Positions 1 through 8,770 of a stretch of DNA of 64,000 nt are shown one piece after another. Below the pieces are notes generated by a model. It was given only the letters and a program-made list of their open reading frames with translations, searched no databases and was not told the origin of the DNA. The stretch is taken from assembly GCA_963422645.2 (NCBI GenBank), contig CAXXVO010000007.1, positions 800,001 to 864,000 of the forward strand, written 5' to 3'. This DNA comes from Alphaproteobacteria bacterium. GTDB lineage: Bacteria; Pseudomonadota; Alphaproteobacteria; UBA828. Each line of letters opens with the position of its first letter. The stretch's first letter is position 1. The translations under genes were made by a program, and so were the position numbers.

Positions 1-300
1 GGCAGACAGGCAGAGCGAGCAGGGCTCGTGGGTGGAGAGGAACAGGCACTCTTCGGGTGCAGGGCGCGCCTCGCCGGGCAGCGCGAAGAACGCGTTGAGC
101 GTGGAGATCTCTCCGTGGAAGAGCGGGTTCTCGGTCTCGCGGTTGGTTGCGGCGATGACCAGCGAGAGGTCCGGCTTGCGGAGGATCGCCCCGCCGAAGA
201 CCTTGTCGCCGCGCTCCACGCCCGCCCGCGTCAGCGGAACGATGTCGTGCTCGATCACATCCAGGAAGCGGGTGGCGAGCGCCTGATCCGAATGGGTCAT
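1..300 (-). CDS. Nucleoside deaminase (cytidine/dCMP deaminase family), runs off the left edge
   Basis: Own translation from ATG at 300: MTHSDQALATRFLDVIEHDIVP...NPLFHGEIS...STHEPCSLCLSA. Has the HxE and PCxxC zinc motifs; start overlaps the upstream deaminase stop (ATGA). Confidence 0.85.
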   Translation of the reverse strand, partial: MTHSDQALATRFLDVIEHDIVPLTRAGVERGDKVFGGAILRKPDLSLVIAATNRETENPLFHGEISTLNAFFALPGEARPAPEECLFLSTHEPCSLCLSA

Positions 301-1319
301 GGCCCCACCTCCGACGCCGCGTAGCCCTCCAGTCGGCTGAGCAGGGCACGCTGCTCCTCCGCCGGCAGCCAGCTCGCCTCGAAGGCGTTGGCGGCGAGCC
401 GGACGACCTGATCCCGGCTCAGATCGGCCTCCTCCTGGGTCGCAACCAGGTTCTCCTGCACGTACCCCAGGAAATACGCGGGATCGTCGGAGTTGACGGT
501 TGCCCTCATGCCCTTCTCCAGCATGCGCCGGATCTCCAGCGCCTTGAGGCTGCCGGTGATGCACTTGTTGGAGATCGGGCAGACCGTGAGCGCCAGGCCC
601 CTGCGCATTATCTCGTCGCAGAGCGCCTCGTCCTCGAGCGAATTGACGCCGTGGTCGATTCTGTCGACCCCGATGTCCTCGATGGTCTGCCAGATGTGCC
701 GGGTCGAGTTCTCCTGGTCCACGTCGCAGTGCATGGTCAGCCGGTAGCCCTCGGCGCGCGCCCGGTCGAACACCGCCTTGAACTTGATCGGCGGATTGCC
801 CTTCTCGTCGGAGTCCAGGCCGACGCCGATGATCCAGTCCCTGTAGGGCAGGGACTCTTCCAGCGTCGCCATCGCGGACTCGGCGCTCATATCCCGCAGG
901 AAGCACATGATGAGCTGGGTGCGGATGCCGAGCGTGTCCTGCGCGTCCACCTGCGCCCGGCGAATCCCCTGAATCACGGTGTCGTAGTCGATGCCGCGCA
1001 CGGCGTGCGCCTGGGGGTCGAAGAATATCTCCGCGTAGACCACGTTCTGGGCGTGCGCCTTGGCCAGGTAGGCGGCGGTTAGATCGCAAAAATCCTGCTC
1101 GGTCACCAGGACGCTCATGCCCTCGTAGTACATCTTGAGGAACGAGGGCAGATCGTCGAAATCGTAGGCCGCCCGCATCTCGTCGACCGATCGGTAAGGC
1201 AGCTCGACGGCATTGCGCCGGGCAAGCTCGAACTTCATCTCCGGCTCCAGCGTTCCCTCCACGTGAACGTGCAGCTCGGCCTTCGGCATGCCCTCGATGA
1301 AGCGTCTCATGTCCGTCAT
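297..1319 (-). CDS. add: Adenosine/adenine deaminase
   Basis: PKAELHVHVEGTLEP, RIDHG, TVCPISN and NSDDPAYF motifs. Start taken at MTDMRRF (1319). Confidence 0.9.
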   Translation of the reverse strand: MTDMRRFIEGMPKAELHVHVEGTLEPEMKFELARRNAVELPYRSVDEMRAAYDFDDLPSFLKMYYEGMSVLVTEQDFCDLTAAYLAKAHAQNVVYAEIFFDPQAHAVRGIDYDTVIQGIRRAQVDAQDTLGIRTQLIMCFLRDMSAESAMATLEESLPYRDWIIGVGLDSDEKGNPPIKFKAVFDRARAEGYRLTMHCDVDQENSTRHIWQTIEDIGVDRIDHGVNSLEDEALCDEIMRRGLALTVCPISNKCITGSLKALEIRRMLEKGMRATVNSDDPAYFLGYVQENLVATQEEADLSRDQVVRLAANAFEASWLPAEEQRALLSRLEGYAASEVGP

Positions 1320-1517
1320 GACTTCAAGCCTGTAGTTTGGCGTCGACTGGTCGGCCCCTCGGATACATGAGAATTCAAGAGGCTGCCACACTCTTCGGCC
1401 TCCAGCCAGCACCACCGAGCAGCGAACGGAAGCACAAGTTGCCGGCGACAATTGCAACCGCCCGCACACGCACTATGCTAGGTACTCGCGAATCGTGATT
1501 GCAGGGGGGCACCAGAC

Positions 1518-1610
1518 ATGACCAACCCGCTGACTTCTCTTTCCAAAACAGTGATCATGGGAGTCGCTCTCACCGTGATCATGGTCGCTATTCTCGCGGC
1601 TATCAGCTGA
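1518..1610 (+). CDS. 30-aa single-TM small protein (MTNPLTSLSKTVIMGVALTVIMVAILAAIS)
   Basis: ATG 1518 to TGA 1610 with a G-rich RBS (GCAGGGGGG); one hydrophobic helix; ends 16 bp before the next gene. Below the ORF-track size cutoff. Confidence 0.6.
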   Translation: MTNPLTSLSKTVIMGVALTVIMVAILAAIS

Positions 1611-1626
1611 CCAGAAGGGTAGGGAG

Positions 1627-2166
1627 ATGGACATGGACATTCCATTCGTAGACTACTACTGGTGGGCGTTCTTCTTCCGCTGGACCCATGTCCTCGCGGG
1701 CGTGATGTGGATCGGGCTGCTCTGGTATTTCAACTTCGTCCAGATCCCGAACATGCCGAAGATCCCGGACGAGCAGAAGCCCGCGATCGGCAAGGTGATC
1801 GCGCCGGCGGCGCTCTTCTGGTTCCGCTGGGCGGCGCTCGCCACGATCGCGACCGGCATCGTGCTCGCGCTGATGAACGAGTATTTCTCGGATGCCATCA
1901 CCCTCGGCATCCTCGGCGCGGCTACCGACGGGCACGTGCTGAGACACACCGCGATCGGCATCGGCATGTGGCTCGGCATCATCATGATGCTGAATGTCTG
2001 GTTCATCATCTGGCCGAACCAGAAACGGGCCCTCGGCATGGTGGAGGTCGAGGCAGGTCGCAAGGCGCGATCCGCGCGCTACGCCATGCTGGCGTCGCGC
2101 ACCAACACGATGCTCTCGATCCCGATGCTCTACTCCATGGTCTCGGCGCAGCAGGGCATCTACTGA
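1627..2166 (+). CDS. Urate oxidase N-terminal / urate hydroxylase PuuD-like membrane protein
   Basis: FRWTHVLAGVMWIGLLWYFNFVQ, NVWFIIWPNQKRALG and SRTNTMLSIPML motifs; divergent from purine deaminases. Confidence 0.8.
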   Translation: MDMDIPFVDYYWWAFFFRWTHVLAGVMWIGLLWYFNFVQIPNMPKIPDEQKPAIGKVIAPAALFWFRWAALATIATGIVLALMNEYFSDAITLGILGAATDGHVLRHTAIGIGMWLGIIMMLNVWFIIWPNQKRALGMVEVEAGRKARSARYAMLASRTNTMLSIPMLYSMVSAQQGIY

Positions 2167-2183
2167 CGCGATAGCGCACAGGC

Positions 2184-2220
2184 ACCCGCCCGGCCGCCGA
2201 ATCCTCCGGCTCCGGGCGGG
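2184..2220. terminator. GC-rich hairpin between convergent genes
   Basis: CCCGCCCGG...CCGGGCGGG inverted repeat; no clear U-tract. Confidence 0.45.
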
Positions 2221-2233
2221 GCCCTTCCTCAGA

Positions 2234-3508
2234 TCAGTCGGCGGCGAGCGCGCGCAGCGCGTGCTGCGCCGCGGTAACGCCGGAGCGCACCGCCCCCTCG
2301 ATGGTGGCGGGCAGCCCGGTTGCGGTCCAGTCGCCGGCGAGGAAGAGGTTGCGAAAGCGGGTCTCGGCCGGCGGACGCAGCGGCAGCGCAGCAGGGATCT
2401 GGGCGAAGGTCGCGCGCTTCTCTTTCAAGATGCGCACCGCAGGCATGGCGGGCGGCTGATAGTCGAGTGCCCGCGAGACGTCGGCCCAGAGCAGTTCCGC
2501 GATCTCCGTCGCCGGACGCTCCGCCAGCGCGCCCGCCGCGCTCACGGTGACAGACGCGATATCGCCGCGGGCGAAGATCCATTGCGCCGTGCCGCCCACC
2601 ACGCCGAGGATGGCGCCGCCGCCCGGCATCGGCACCGGCCGGTCGAGGCGGAAGTGGGCGTTGACGATGGGCCGGGTCTCCAGCGGCGCCGGAATCCCGG
2701 GCAGGAGCTGCGTGCAGACCTGCGGCGTCACCGCGAGCACGGCGACATCGCCCGGCGCGAACTTCGCCGCGTCGTCGCCATCGCCGGCGAAAGCGAGGGC
2801 CGTCACCGCGCGCCCGTCGTGCTCGATGGCGCGCAGCCGGCGGTTGTAGAGGAGCCGGCCGCCGCCGCGCTCCACATAGCGCACGCCCGGCTCTACCAGA
2901 TCGGGGCCGAGCCCTTCGCGGGTGAGATAGGCGCGGCAAGCCGCCTCGCCCTGACCGAAGGTGAGGCGCACGACCGGCCAGAGCAGGCGCGCGGACGCCT
3001 CTTCCACCGAGGCGTTGAGCACGGCCACGATCAGCGGCTCCCAGAGCCGCTCCAGCAGCAGCCCGGTGCCGCGCAGCCGCTCTGCGGCGGTGTCGGCGTC
3101 CTGCGCGCGGGCGAGGGCGAGGCCGGCCAGATAGTGGCGCACGCGGCTGCCCGGCACGCGGCGCCCCGGCGCCATGATCCACCAGGGCAACGGCCCCGCA
3201 TTGGGGCGCAGGGTCCAGCGCTCGCCGGTCCGCAGGTCGACGAAGGGGAAGGCCGCACGCTCCTGGCCGACCAGCCCGTCGCGCGCGCCGATGGTCTCCA
3301 GATAGCCGAACACGGCGGGATTGGCGCCCAGGATCAGGTGGTTGCCATTGTCGATGGTCCGGTCCAGGTTGGCGTCGTGAAACGAGCGGCAGCGGCCGCC
3401 TGCGTGCGCCGCCGCTTCCCAAAGGACGACGCGCTGCCTCGCCTTCACCAGCTCCACGGCGCAGGAAAGCCCCGCCATGCCGGCGCCGATCACGTGAACG
3501 GTCGCCAT
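2234..3508 (-). CDS. hpnE: Hydroxysqualene dehydroxylase HpnE (FAD-dependent)
   Basis: VIGAGMAGLSCA, GGRCRSFHD...IDNGNHLILGAN and LAGDWTATGLPATIEGAVRSG. Confidence 0.85.
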   Translation of the reverse strand: MATVHVIGAGMAGLSCAVELVKARQRVVLWEAAAHAGGRCRSFHDANLDRTIDNGNHLILGANPAVFGYLETIGARDGLVGQERAAFPFVDLRTGERWTLRPNAGPLPWWIMAPGRRVPGSRVRHYLAGLALARAQDADTAAERLRGTGLLLERLWEPLIVAVLNASVEEASARLLWPVVRLTFGQGEAACRAYLTREGLGPDLVEPGVRYVERGGGRLLYNRRLRAIEHDGRAVTALAFAGDGDDAAKFAPGDVAVLAVTPQVCTQLLPGIPAPLETRPIVNAHFRLDRPVPMPGGGAILGVVGGTAQWIFARGDIASVTVSAAGALAERPATEIAELLWADVSRALDYQPPAMPAVRILKEKRATFAQIPAALPLRPPAETRFRNLFLAGDWTATGLPATIEGAVRSGVTAAQHALRALAAD

Positions 3509-3592
3509 GCTCCCTCTCATCCCTCCGGCGCGTCCATGTATAGGGGAGGGAAGGCGCCTGGCAAACGCAGGGTGGGCCGGGGAGGCGCCTGA

Positions 3593-4438
3593 GTGACGCC
3601 CGCGCTCTCATCCGTCGGCGCGCTGGCGCGGGTGGCCGACTACGACCGCTACCTCTCCGCCGTGTTCGCGCCGGCCCCCCGCCGCGAGGCGCTATTCGCA
3701 CTGATCGCCTTCAACCACGAGATCGCGCGAATTCCCGAGGCGGTGAGCGAGCCGATGCTGGGCCGCATCCGGCTGCAATGGTGGCGCGAGGTCCTCGATG
3801 CGGTCTATGCCGGTGAGCCCGCCCGGCGCCACGAGGTGGCGCTGCCGTTGGCCGACTCGATCCGTGTGTGCGGGCTCGACCGCGCCCCCTTCGACGCGCT
3901 GCTGGAGGCGCGGGAGGACGATCTGGGGTCGGAAGGACCGGCCGATCTTGCGGCGCTGGAGCGCTATGCCGCCGCCACCGGCGGGAGCCTTGCGGAACTC
4001 ATGGTGCGGGCTGCCGGCGCCGACCCTGGCCCGGCGCTGGAGGCGGGGCGGCAGGTCGGCACCGCCTGGGCCTTGGTCGGCACGCTTCGGGCGGCGCCCC
4101 GAACTGCGGCGCAGGGCCGGGTCACGCTCCCGGCCGACCTGCTCTCCAAGGCCGGGATCGCCGCCGAGGATCTGGGGGCGGGCCGGGGGTTCGAGCGTTT
4201 CGCCGCCCTTGCCGAGCCGGTGGCGGACCGCGCCGCCGAATTGCTGGCCACGGCGCGGCAGGCCCGGCGCGCGGTGCCCCGGCAGTGCCTGGGCGTGCTG
4301 CTGATTGCCCGCCTCGCCGATCTCTACCTGGCGCAATTGCGGCGCGCCGCCTGGGACCCGCGCAACCCGCGCGTGGCCTGCGGCCCGCTCCGCAAGCAGG
4401 CGGTGATGCTGAGGGGCGCGGTGTTCGGACGCTACTGA
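3593..4438 (+). CDS. Squalene/phytoene synthase family protein (NDUFAF6-like)
   Basis: DYDRYLSAVFAP, AFNHEIARIPEAVSEPMLGRIRLQWWRE. Confidence 0.85.
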   Translation: MTPALSSVGALARVADYDRYLSAVFAPAPRREALFALIAFNHEIARIPEAVSEPMLGRIRLQWWREVLDAVYAGEPARRHEVALPLADSIRVCGLDRAPFDALLEAREDDLGSEGPADLAALERYAAATGGSLAELMVRAAGADPGPALEAGRQVGTAWALVGTLRAAPRTAAQGRVTLPADLLSKAGIAAEDLGAGRGFERFAALAEPVADRAAELLATARQARRAVPRQCLGVLLIARLADLYLAQLRRAAWDPRNPRVACGPLRKQAVMLRGAVFGRY

Positions 4439-4490
4439 CCCTCACGCGGCGAGGGAAGGGGCCGGTCACCCGGTCCACCCCGGATCAGGG

Positions 4491-4540
4491 TGTAGCCGGA
4501 CGAAAGTCTTTGCGAATCGCGGCCGGAAGTCTTTGCGAAT
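4491..4540 (+). repeat. Left end: two copies of putative transposase-binding motif AAGTCTTTGCGAAT
   Basis: Copies within 4498-4518 and at 4527-4540. Confidence 0.85.
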
Positions 4541-4662
4541 GGCCTGGAAAATCGTCTGGTTTTCGGGGCTGAATCGGGCTGGAAAAACCGGCCTGTGCAT
4601 GGGCCGTGAAGGAGCGCTGCGCGGGGGGTTCAGGGCCCGTGCACGGGCGGTGCGTGAGGGTT

Positions 4663-5544
4663 TCAGGCGCGGTCGGGACCGGGGCGGGCGCCGGGGCGGC
4701 ACGGGCGTTCGAGTTCGGCCTTCCACCATTCGGGGTCTTCGACGGCGCGTTCTGCGGCGTCGTATCCGTCGTGACCGGTCCATCTTCCGGGGTCGGCGTC
4801 GGCGTACCATCGGCCTGCGCCGCGGTGTCGTTCGAGGGCGTCGTCGATGCGGGCGACCTGGTCCGCCGGGCGTCCCCGGCAGAAGCGCTCGAAGAAGGCG
4901 TTGAGGCGGCATCTGGGGCAGCGTCCGCAGGGCTCTGCCGCGGCGGTGCACCGGTAGGTGAGCGCCTCCAGCCCGGGCGGGAGCAGGGCCTGGAGCATGA
5001 AGCGCCCGGCGACGGGTCCGAAGGGGTCGTCCCGCGACGGCGGCCACTGCGCGCCGTCCTCCCAGCCGGGGAAGAAGGGGAGTTCCATGGGGACGGCGGT
5101 GCGCGCGCGGTAGACGGGATACCAGTACATGCGGTGCATGTCGTCGGCGGTGCCCCACGAGGTGATGCCGAGCATCACCCGGTCGGCGCGGTGGCGCTCG
5201 GCCTCGTCGGCGTGGGTTGCGTACCGGTCGAGGCCCCAGGGGCCGAATGTGGGGTCGCAGACGCCCTCCCACCCTCTCCCGTCCCTGATCGGGTATTCGG
5301 CGCCGGCGTCGAGGTCGAGGCGCAGGGCGTCGCGGCTGACGTGGCGCACGGGCCGGACGTTGCGGGAGAGCCAGTCTGCGACGGCCTCGCTTGCGGCCTG
5401 CTCGCGGGCGATGCGCTCCGGCAGCTCGCGGGCCGGTTCGCGGTAGTAGGAGAGGACGACCTCGTCTTCGGTCTCGCGCAGGACGAGGAGGGCGAGGGCG
5501 GTGCTGTCGATGCCGCCGCCTGCGGGGACGAGGGTGCGGCGCAT
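4663..5544 (-). CDS. QueC-like PP-loop ATPase with C-terminal Zn motif (phage-encoded)
   Basis: N-terminal TLVPAGGGIDSTALA (variant of SGGxDS) and CTAAAEPCGRCPRC (C-x6-CGxCxxC). Start at MRRTL. Confidence 0.65.
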   Translation of the reverse strand: MRRTLVPAGGGIDSTALALLVLRETEDEVVLSYYREPARELPERIAREQAASEAVADWLSRNVRPVRHVSRDALRLDLDAGAEYPIRDGRGWEGVCDPTFGPWGLDRYATHADEAERHRADRVMLGITSWGTADDMHRMYWYPVYRARTAVPMELPFFPGWEDGAQWPPSRDDPFGPVAGRFMLQALLPPGLEALTYRCTAAAEPCGRCPRCRLNAFFERFCRGRPADQVARIDDALERHRGAGRWYADADPGRWTGHDGYDAAERAVEDPEWWKAELERPCRPGARPGPDRA

Positions 5545-5549
5545 CGCGA

Positions 5550-6320
5550 TCAGCCCCACTCGATGACGATATAGCCGGCGGAGACCGGGGAGGGCACGGT
5601 GAGCTGGGTGTGTCGGCTGACGCCGCTTGCGCCGGCGGGGGCGGATGCGGTTCCGTCTGCGCCGTCTGCGCCGTCGCGTCGGCCATACGCTCTCTTGCCG
5701 CCCTTGCCGCCGCGCGCCGTGCCGCCGAGGACGGCGGTGTTGCTGCCGTCGCCGCCGTCCCTCAATCGCGCTCCGTCCACGCCGTTGCTTCCCACGGACC
5801 AGAAGTAGGAGCTGCCCGCCGAGACCGCGATCTCGAAGTAGATGAAGCCGCCGTCGCCGCCGTCGCCGCCCGTCCAGCTGATCGGCGCGGCGCCCCTGTT
5901 TTGTTCGAAGCCGCTATCGCCGGCGCCGTCGCCGCCGTCGCCGCCCCGCAACTGCACGCGCACGCGGGTCACGCCCGCGGGCGCGCGCCAGTACCCGGAG
6001 CCGGGCGTGGTGAAGGTCTTGCGCCCGCGCGGCGTGGGCCGGGGCGCCGGCTCGGGCGCGGGACGCGGCGGCGCCGCGCGCTCGCTGAGGTTGGCCAGCC
6101 GCGTGCGCTCGGCGGCGGTGAACACCTCGCCCCGCATCTGGCGGAAGGGGTGCAGGCCGGAGCCGTCGAGGGTGGCGACGCCGCCCGGATCGCCGGCGGC
6201 GGCGATCATGGCGTTTATGGTGTCGGCCATGGCCTTGATGGCGGCGCGGGCGTGGGCGGGCGAATCGCTGCCCTGGTCGAGGTGGGTGGTGTCGATCTTC
6301 CTGGTGGGCCATGCGGTCAT
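5550..6320 (-). CDS. Phage tail-fibre-like protein with glycine-rich domain
   Basis: TTHLDQGSDSPAHARA N-terminus, GVATLDGSG, TFTTPGSGYWRAPAGVTRVRVQLRGGDGG and terminal GYIVIEW. Confidence 0.7.
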   Translation of the reverse strand: MTAWPTRKIDTTHLDQGSDSPAHARAAIKAMADTINAMIAAAGDPGGVATLDGSGLHPFRQMRGEVFTAAERTRLANLSERAAPPRPAPEPAPRPTPRGRKTFTTPGSGYWRAPAGVTRVRVQLRGGDGGDGAGDSGFEQNRGAAPISWTGGDGGDGGFIYFEIAVSAGSSYFWSVGSNGVDGARLRDGGDGSNTAVLGGTARGGKGGKRAYGRRDGADGADGTASAPAGASGVSRHTQLTVPSPVSAGYIVIEWG

Positions 6321-6341
6321 GGGGTTTCCTTTCGCGATCGC

Positions 6342-7699
6342 TCAGCCCGCCGGCGCGGCGATATGGGCGCGGGCGAGGCCGAAGCAGAGGTACTTGACGG
6401 TGGGAATCTGCCCCCGTTCCCAGGTCCAGGTCCACTCGACCTGGACCACGCGACCGGTAATCGCGTCGCCGGCGGCGTAGCCGGTCCAGGCGGCGTCGTC
6501 GAGGTCGTCGCGGCCGTCGGCGGCGCGCACGCGCACCGTCGGTTGGACGGGGGAATCGGACTCCCAGGTGAGCAGCGACACGACGCCGTCCTGGCCGAGG
6601 GCCGCCGGCATGGAGGTGTAGACGGTGGGCTCCGCCGTCCAGCCCGCGCCGGGGAGCGCCCATCCGGTCCAGGCGTCCCAGGTGGTGAGGCCGCCCCAGG
6701 CGTAGTCGGCGGCGCCGGTGGCGGGATCGGCCCAGGAGAAGTCGAGGGCCGCGCCGGCGAGCGTGCCGCGGGTCCATCCCTCGGCGCTGGGGCAGGCCCA
6801 GAACAGGCTCTCGCCCCGGCGCTGGGCGCCGAGGCGCGCGGTGACGCGGCTCTCGGGGCCGTAGCGCCCGCCCGTGTCGAGCGGGCGAAAGGAGAAGATC
6901 CAGTCGCCGGCGGCGGGCTCGACGGCCTCCCACGGGCTTGCGGTGAGCCACCCGCGGTGGATCGCGCGCAGCTCTTCCCACGGCGTGCCCGGATCTGCGG
7001 GCCAGCCGGGCGCGGGTCCGTATCTGATGCGGACGCCGAGCAGGTCGGGGTCGGCCGGCTCGACCCAGCGGAAGCGCCGGGTGCCGTCGCCGAGGCGCTC
7101 GACGTGGGCCTCGGTGACCGCGCCGGGGGGCGTGCGCAGGCCGCGGATCGTATATGCGGTGCGGTGCGGCGGTCCGCCGCCGCGGGGCAGGACGACGATC
7201 TCGATCCAGCCCTCGGGCGGGCTGGTCCAGCGCGCCTCCGTGTCGCCGCCGTCGAGGCTGGCGACGGTGCGCATGGGCCGGCGCTCCCACGACGCGCGGA
7301 CCTCGGCGCCGCGCCAGTCGCCGGCGACGGTGAGGGAGAGCGCGATCTCGACGAGGAAGGCGGCGCCGACGCGGATCAGGGTCTCGGTGACGGTGGCGTG
7401 CAGGACCCGCGGCAGATTGCGCCGTATCTGCGGCAGATCGACCGAGAGGTCGGCGGTGGCGGCAGCGTAGTAGGCGCCGACCTCGTCGACGGCCTCGAGG
7501 CGCACCCGGTCCCCGGATCTGGGGCTGACGCCCACGACCTTCACCCTCGCCGGCCCGGCGCCTGCGGGATAGAGGCGCCAGAGCGTGTCGACGGGCTCGC
7601 CGATTCCGTCCTCCGGCGCGGGTGTCGTCCACACGCGGGCGGTTTCGGCGCCGTTCGCGCGCGCGTCGGAGCCGGGCGGGCCGGCATGGGCGCGCACGG
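6342..7699 (-). pseudogene. 5'-truncated phage tail-tip / host-specificity (J-like, FnIII) protein
   Basis: VKVVGVSPRSGDRVRLEAVDEVGAYY and FRWVEPADPDLLGVRIRY are FnIII-like. The frame is cut at the inner transposon end (7700). Confidence 0.65.
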
Positions 7700-7798
7700 T
7701 GAGCGTGCGCCCAGCATTTGATGGTGCGGTTTTCGGATTATTTGATGTTCGTGATGCGGCGCTTGGTTGATCTGCGAGAGCGGTGAGTGGCCTGGCTT

Positions 7799-8668
7799 TC
7801 ATCGAGACCGCAGGAGCATCTCGTTCCAGTCCTTGGCGTGTCGTGGGCGCAACCTTTTCACCCTTGGATCGTTGAGCACGAGATGCTCGGCGGCAGTGTC
7901 GCCGGCGCTGTCTGCGTCGTAGGCACAGACGATGCGACGTGGCTTCCACTCCTTGATCCAGGGCGGGACCGAGCTGGCGATGCCGGCGGTTGAGGCGACG
8001 ACGGCGCCGTTCTCGCGCGTCCCCTCGACGCGCAGGCTTCGTGCAGAGATGGCGTCGACGGCGCTCTCGGTGAGGATGACGAGGGCGGGCTGGTTTCGGT
8101 CGCAGTGGAGCCAGAAGCCGCCACGCGCCTTGCGCGATCCCGGGGCCATGCCCCTGAAGCGTTTTGTTCCGGGCTGCGGCGCGGTGCCGAGGATCTCGGC
8201 GCCGGTCGTGTGCCCGCTGGCGTTTCGGCAGATGAAGACGGCGTTGATCCTGTCATCGGCGTAGAGGAGGCCTCGGCCGTGGCAGGCTTCGAGCACGTCG
8301 GTGCCGATAGCGCGTTGGCGGATGAGGGCGTCCCGGACCCTGGGCCAGGCGCGGGGACTGGGCCTTGGCAGCCGCAGGCGTCGCGGGGCGGCTGGGATGG
8401 TGGTGATCTCCCTCCGCCCCTCATGGCTTCCGAGGAAGCGGAGGGCTTCCGGGAAGCGGCATCCCGTCGCATGGATGACGAGGTCGATGGCGCCACCCCC
8501 TCCCGTGCCGCGCAGGTGATCGAAGAACTTCTCGCCGTTGATGCTGATGACCGAGCCCCCGCGCTTGAAGCGCGCCCGGTCGGTCGGGTCTCTGCGGTAG
8601 CCGAGGGCGGCGGCGACCCGGTCGAGGGGGATGTTGCGGCAGGTGGCCAGGGGATCGCCGCCGCTCAT
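7799..8668 (-). CDS. DUF3991/Toprim primase-like protein
   Basis: KFFDHLRGTGGGGAIDLV (primase N-terminal-like), ILTESAVDAIS, VCAYDADSAGD and KDWNE Toprim motifs. Confidence 0.8.
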   Translation of the reverse strand: MSGGDPLATCRNIPLDRVAAALGYRRDPTDRARFKRGGSVISINGEKFFDHLRGTGGGGAIDLVIHATGCRFPEALRFLGSHEGRREITTIPAAPRRLRLPRPSPRAWPRVRDALIRQRAIGTDVLEACHGRGLLYADDRINAVFICRNASGHTTGAEILGTAPQPGTKRFRGMAPGSRKARGGFWLHCDRNQPALVILTESAVDAISARSLRVEGTRENGAVVASTAGIASSVPPWIKEWKPRRIVCAYDADSAGDTAAEHLVLNDPRVKRLRPRHAKDWNEMLLRSR

Positions 8669-8709
8669 TGCCGGGTCCCGGCGAAGGTCTGCTTGGAAGG
8701 GAGGCTGAC

Positions 8710-8770
8710 GGCGTTCCCGTTCCTGTACCCTTCAACGCTTAAGAGTTCCGGGAACGGGAACGGGAACGCC
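8710..8770. repeat. 14-bp inverted repeat with (GGGAAC)3 between helicase and primase genes
   Basis: GGCGTTCCCGTTCC (8710-8723) is the reverse complement of GGAACGGGAACGCC (8757-8770). Confidence 0.7.
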
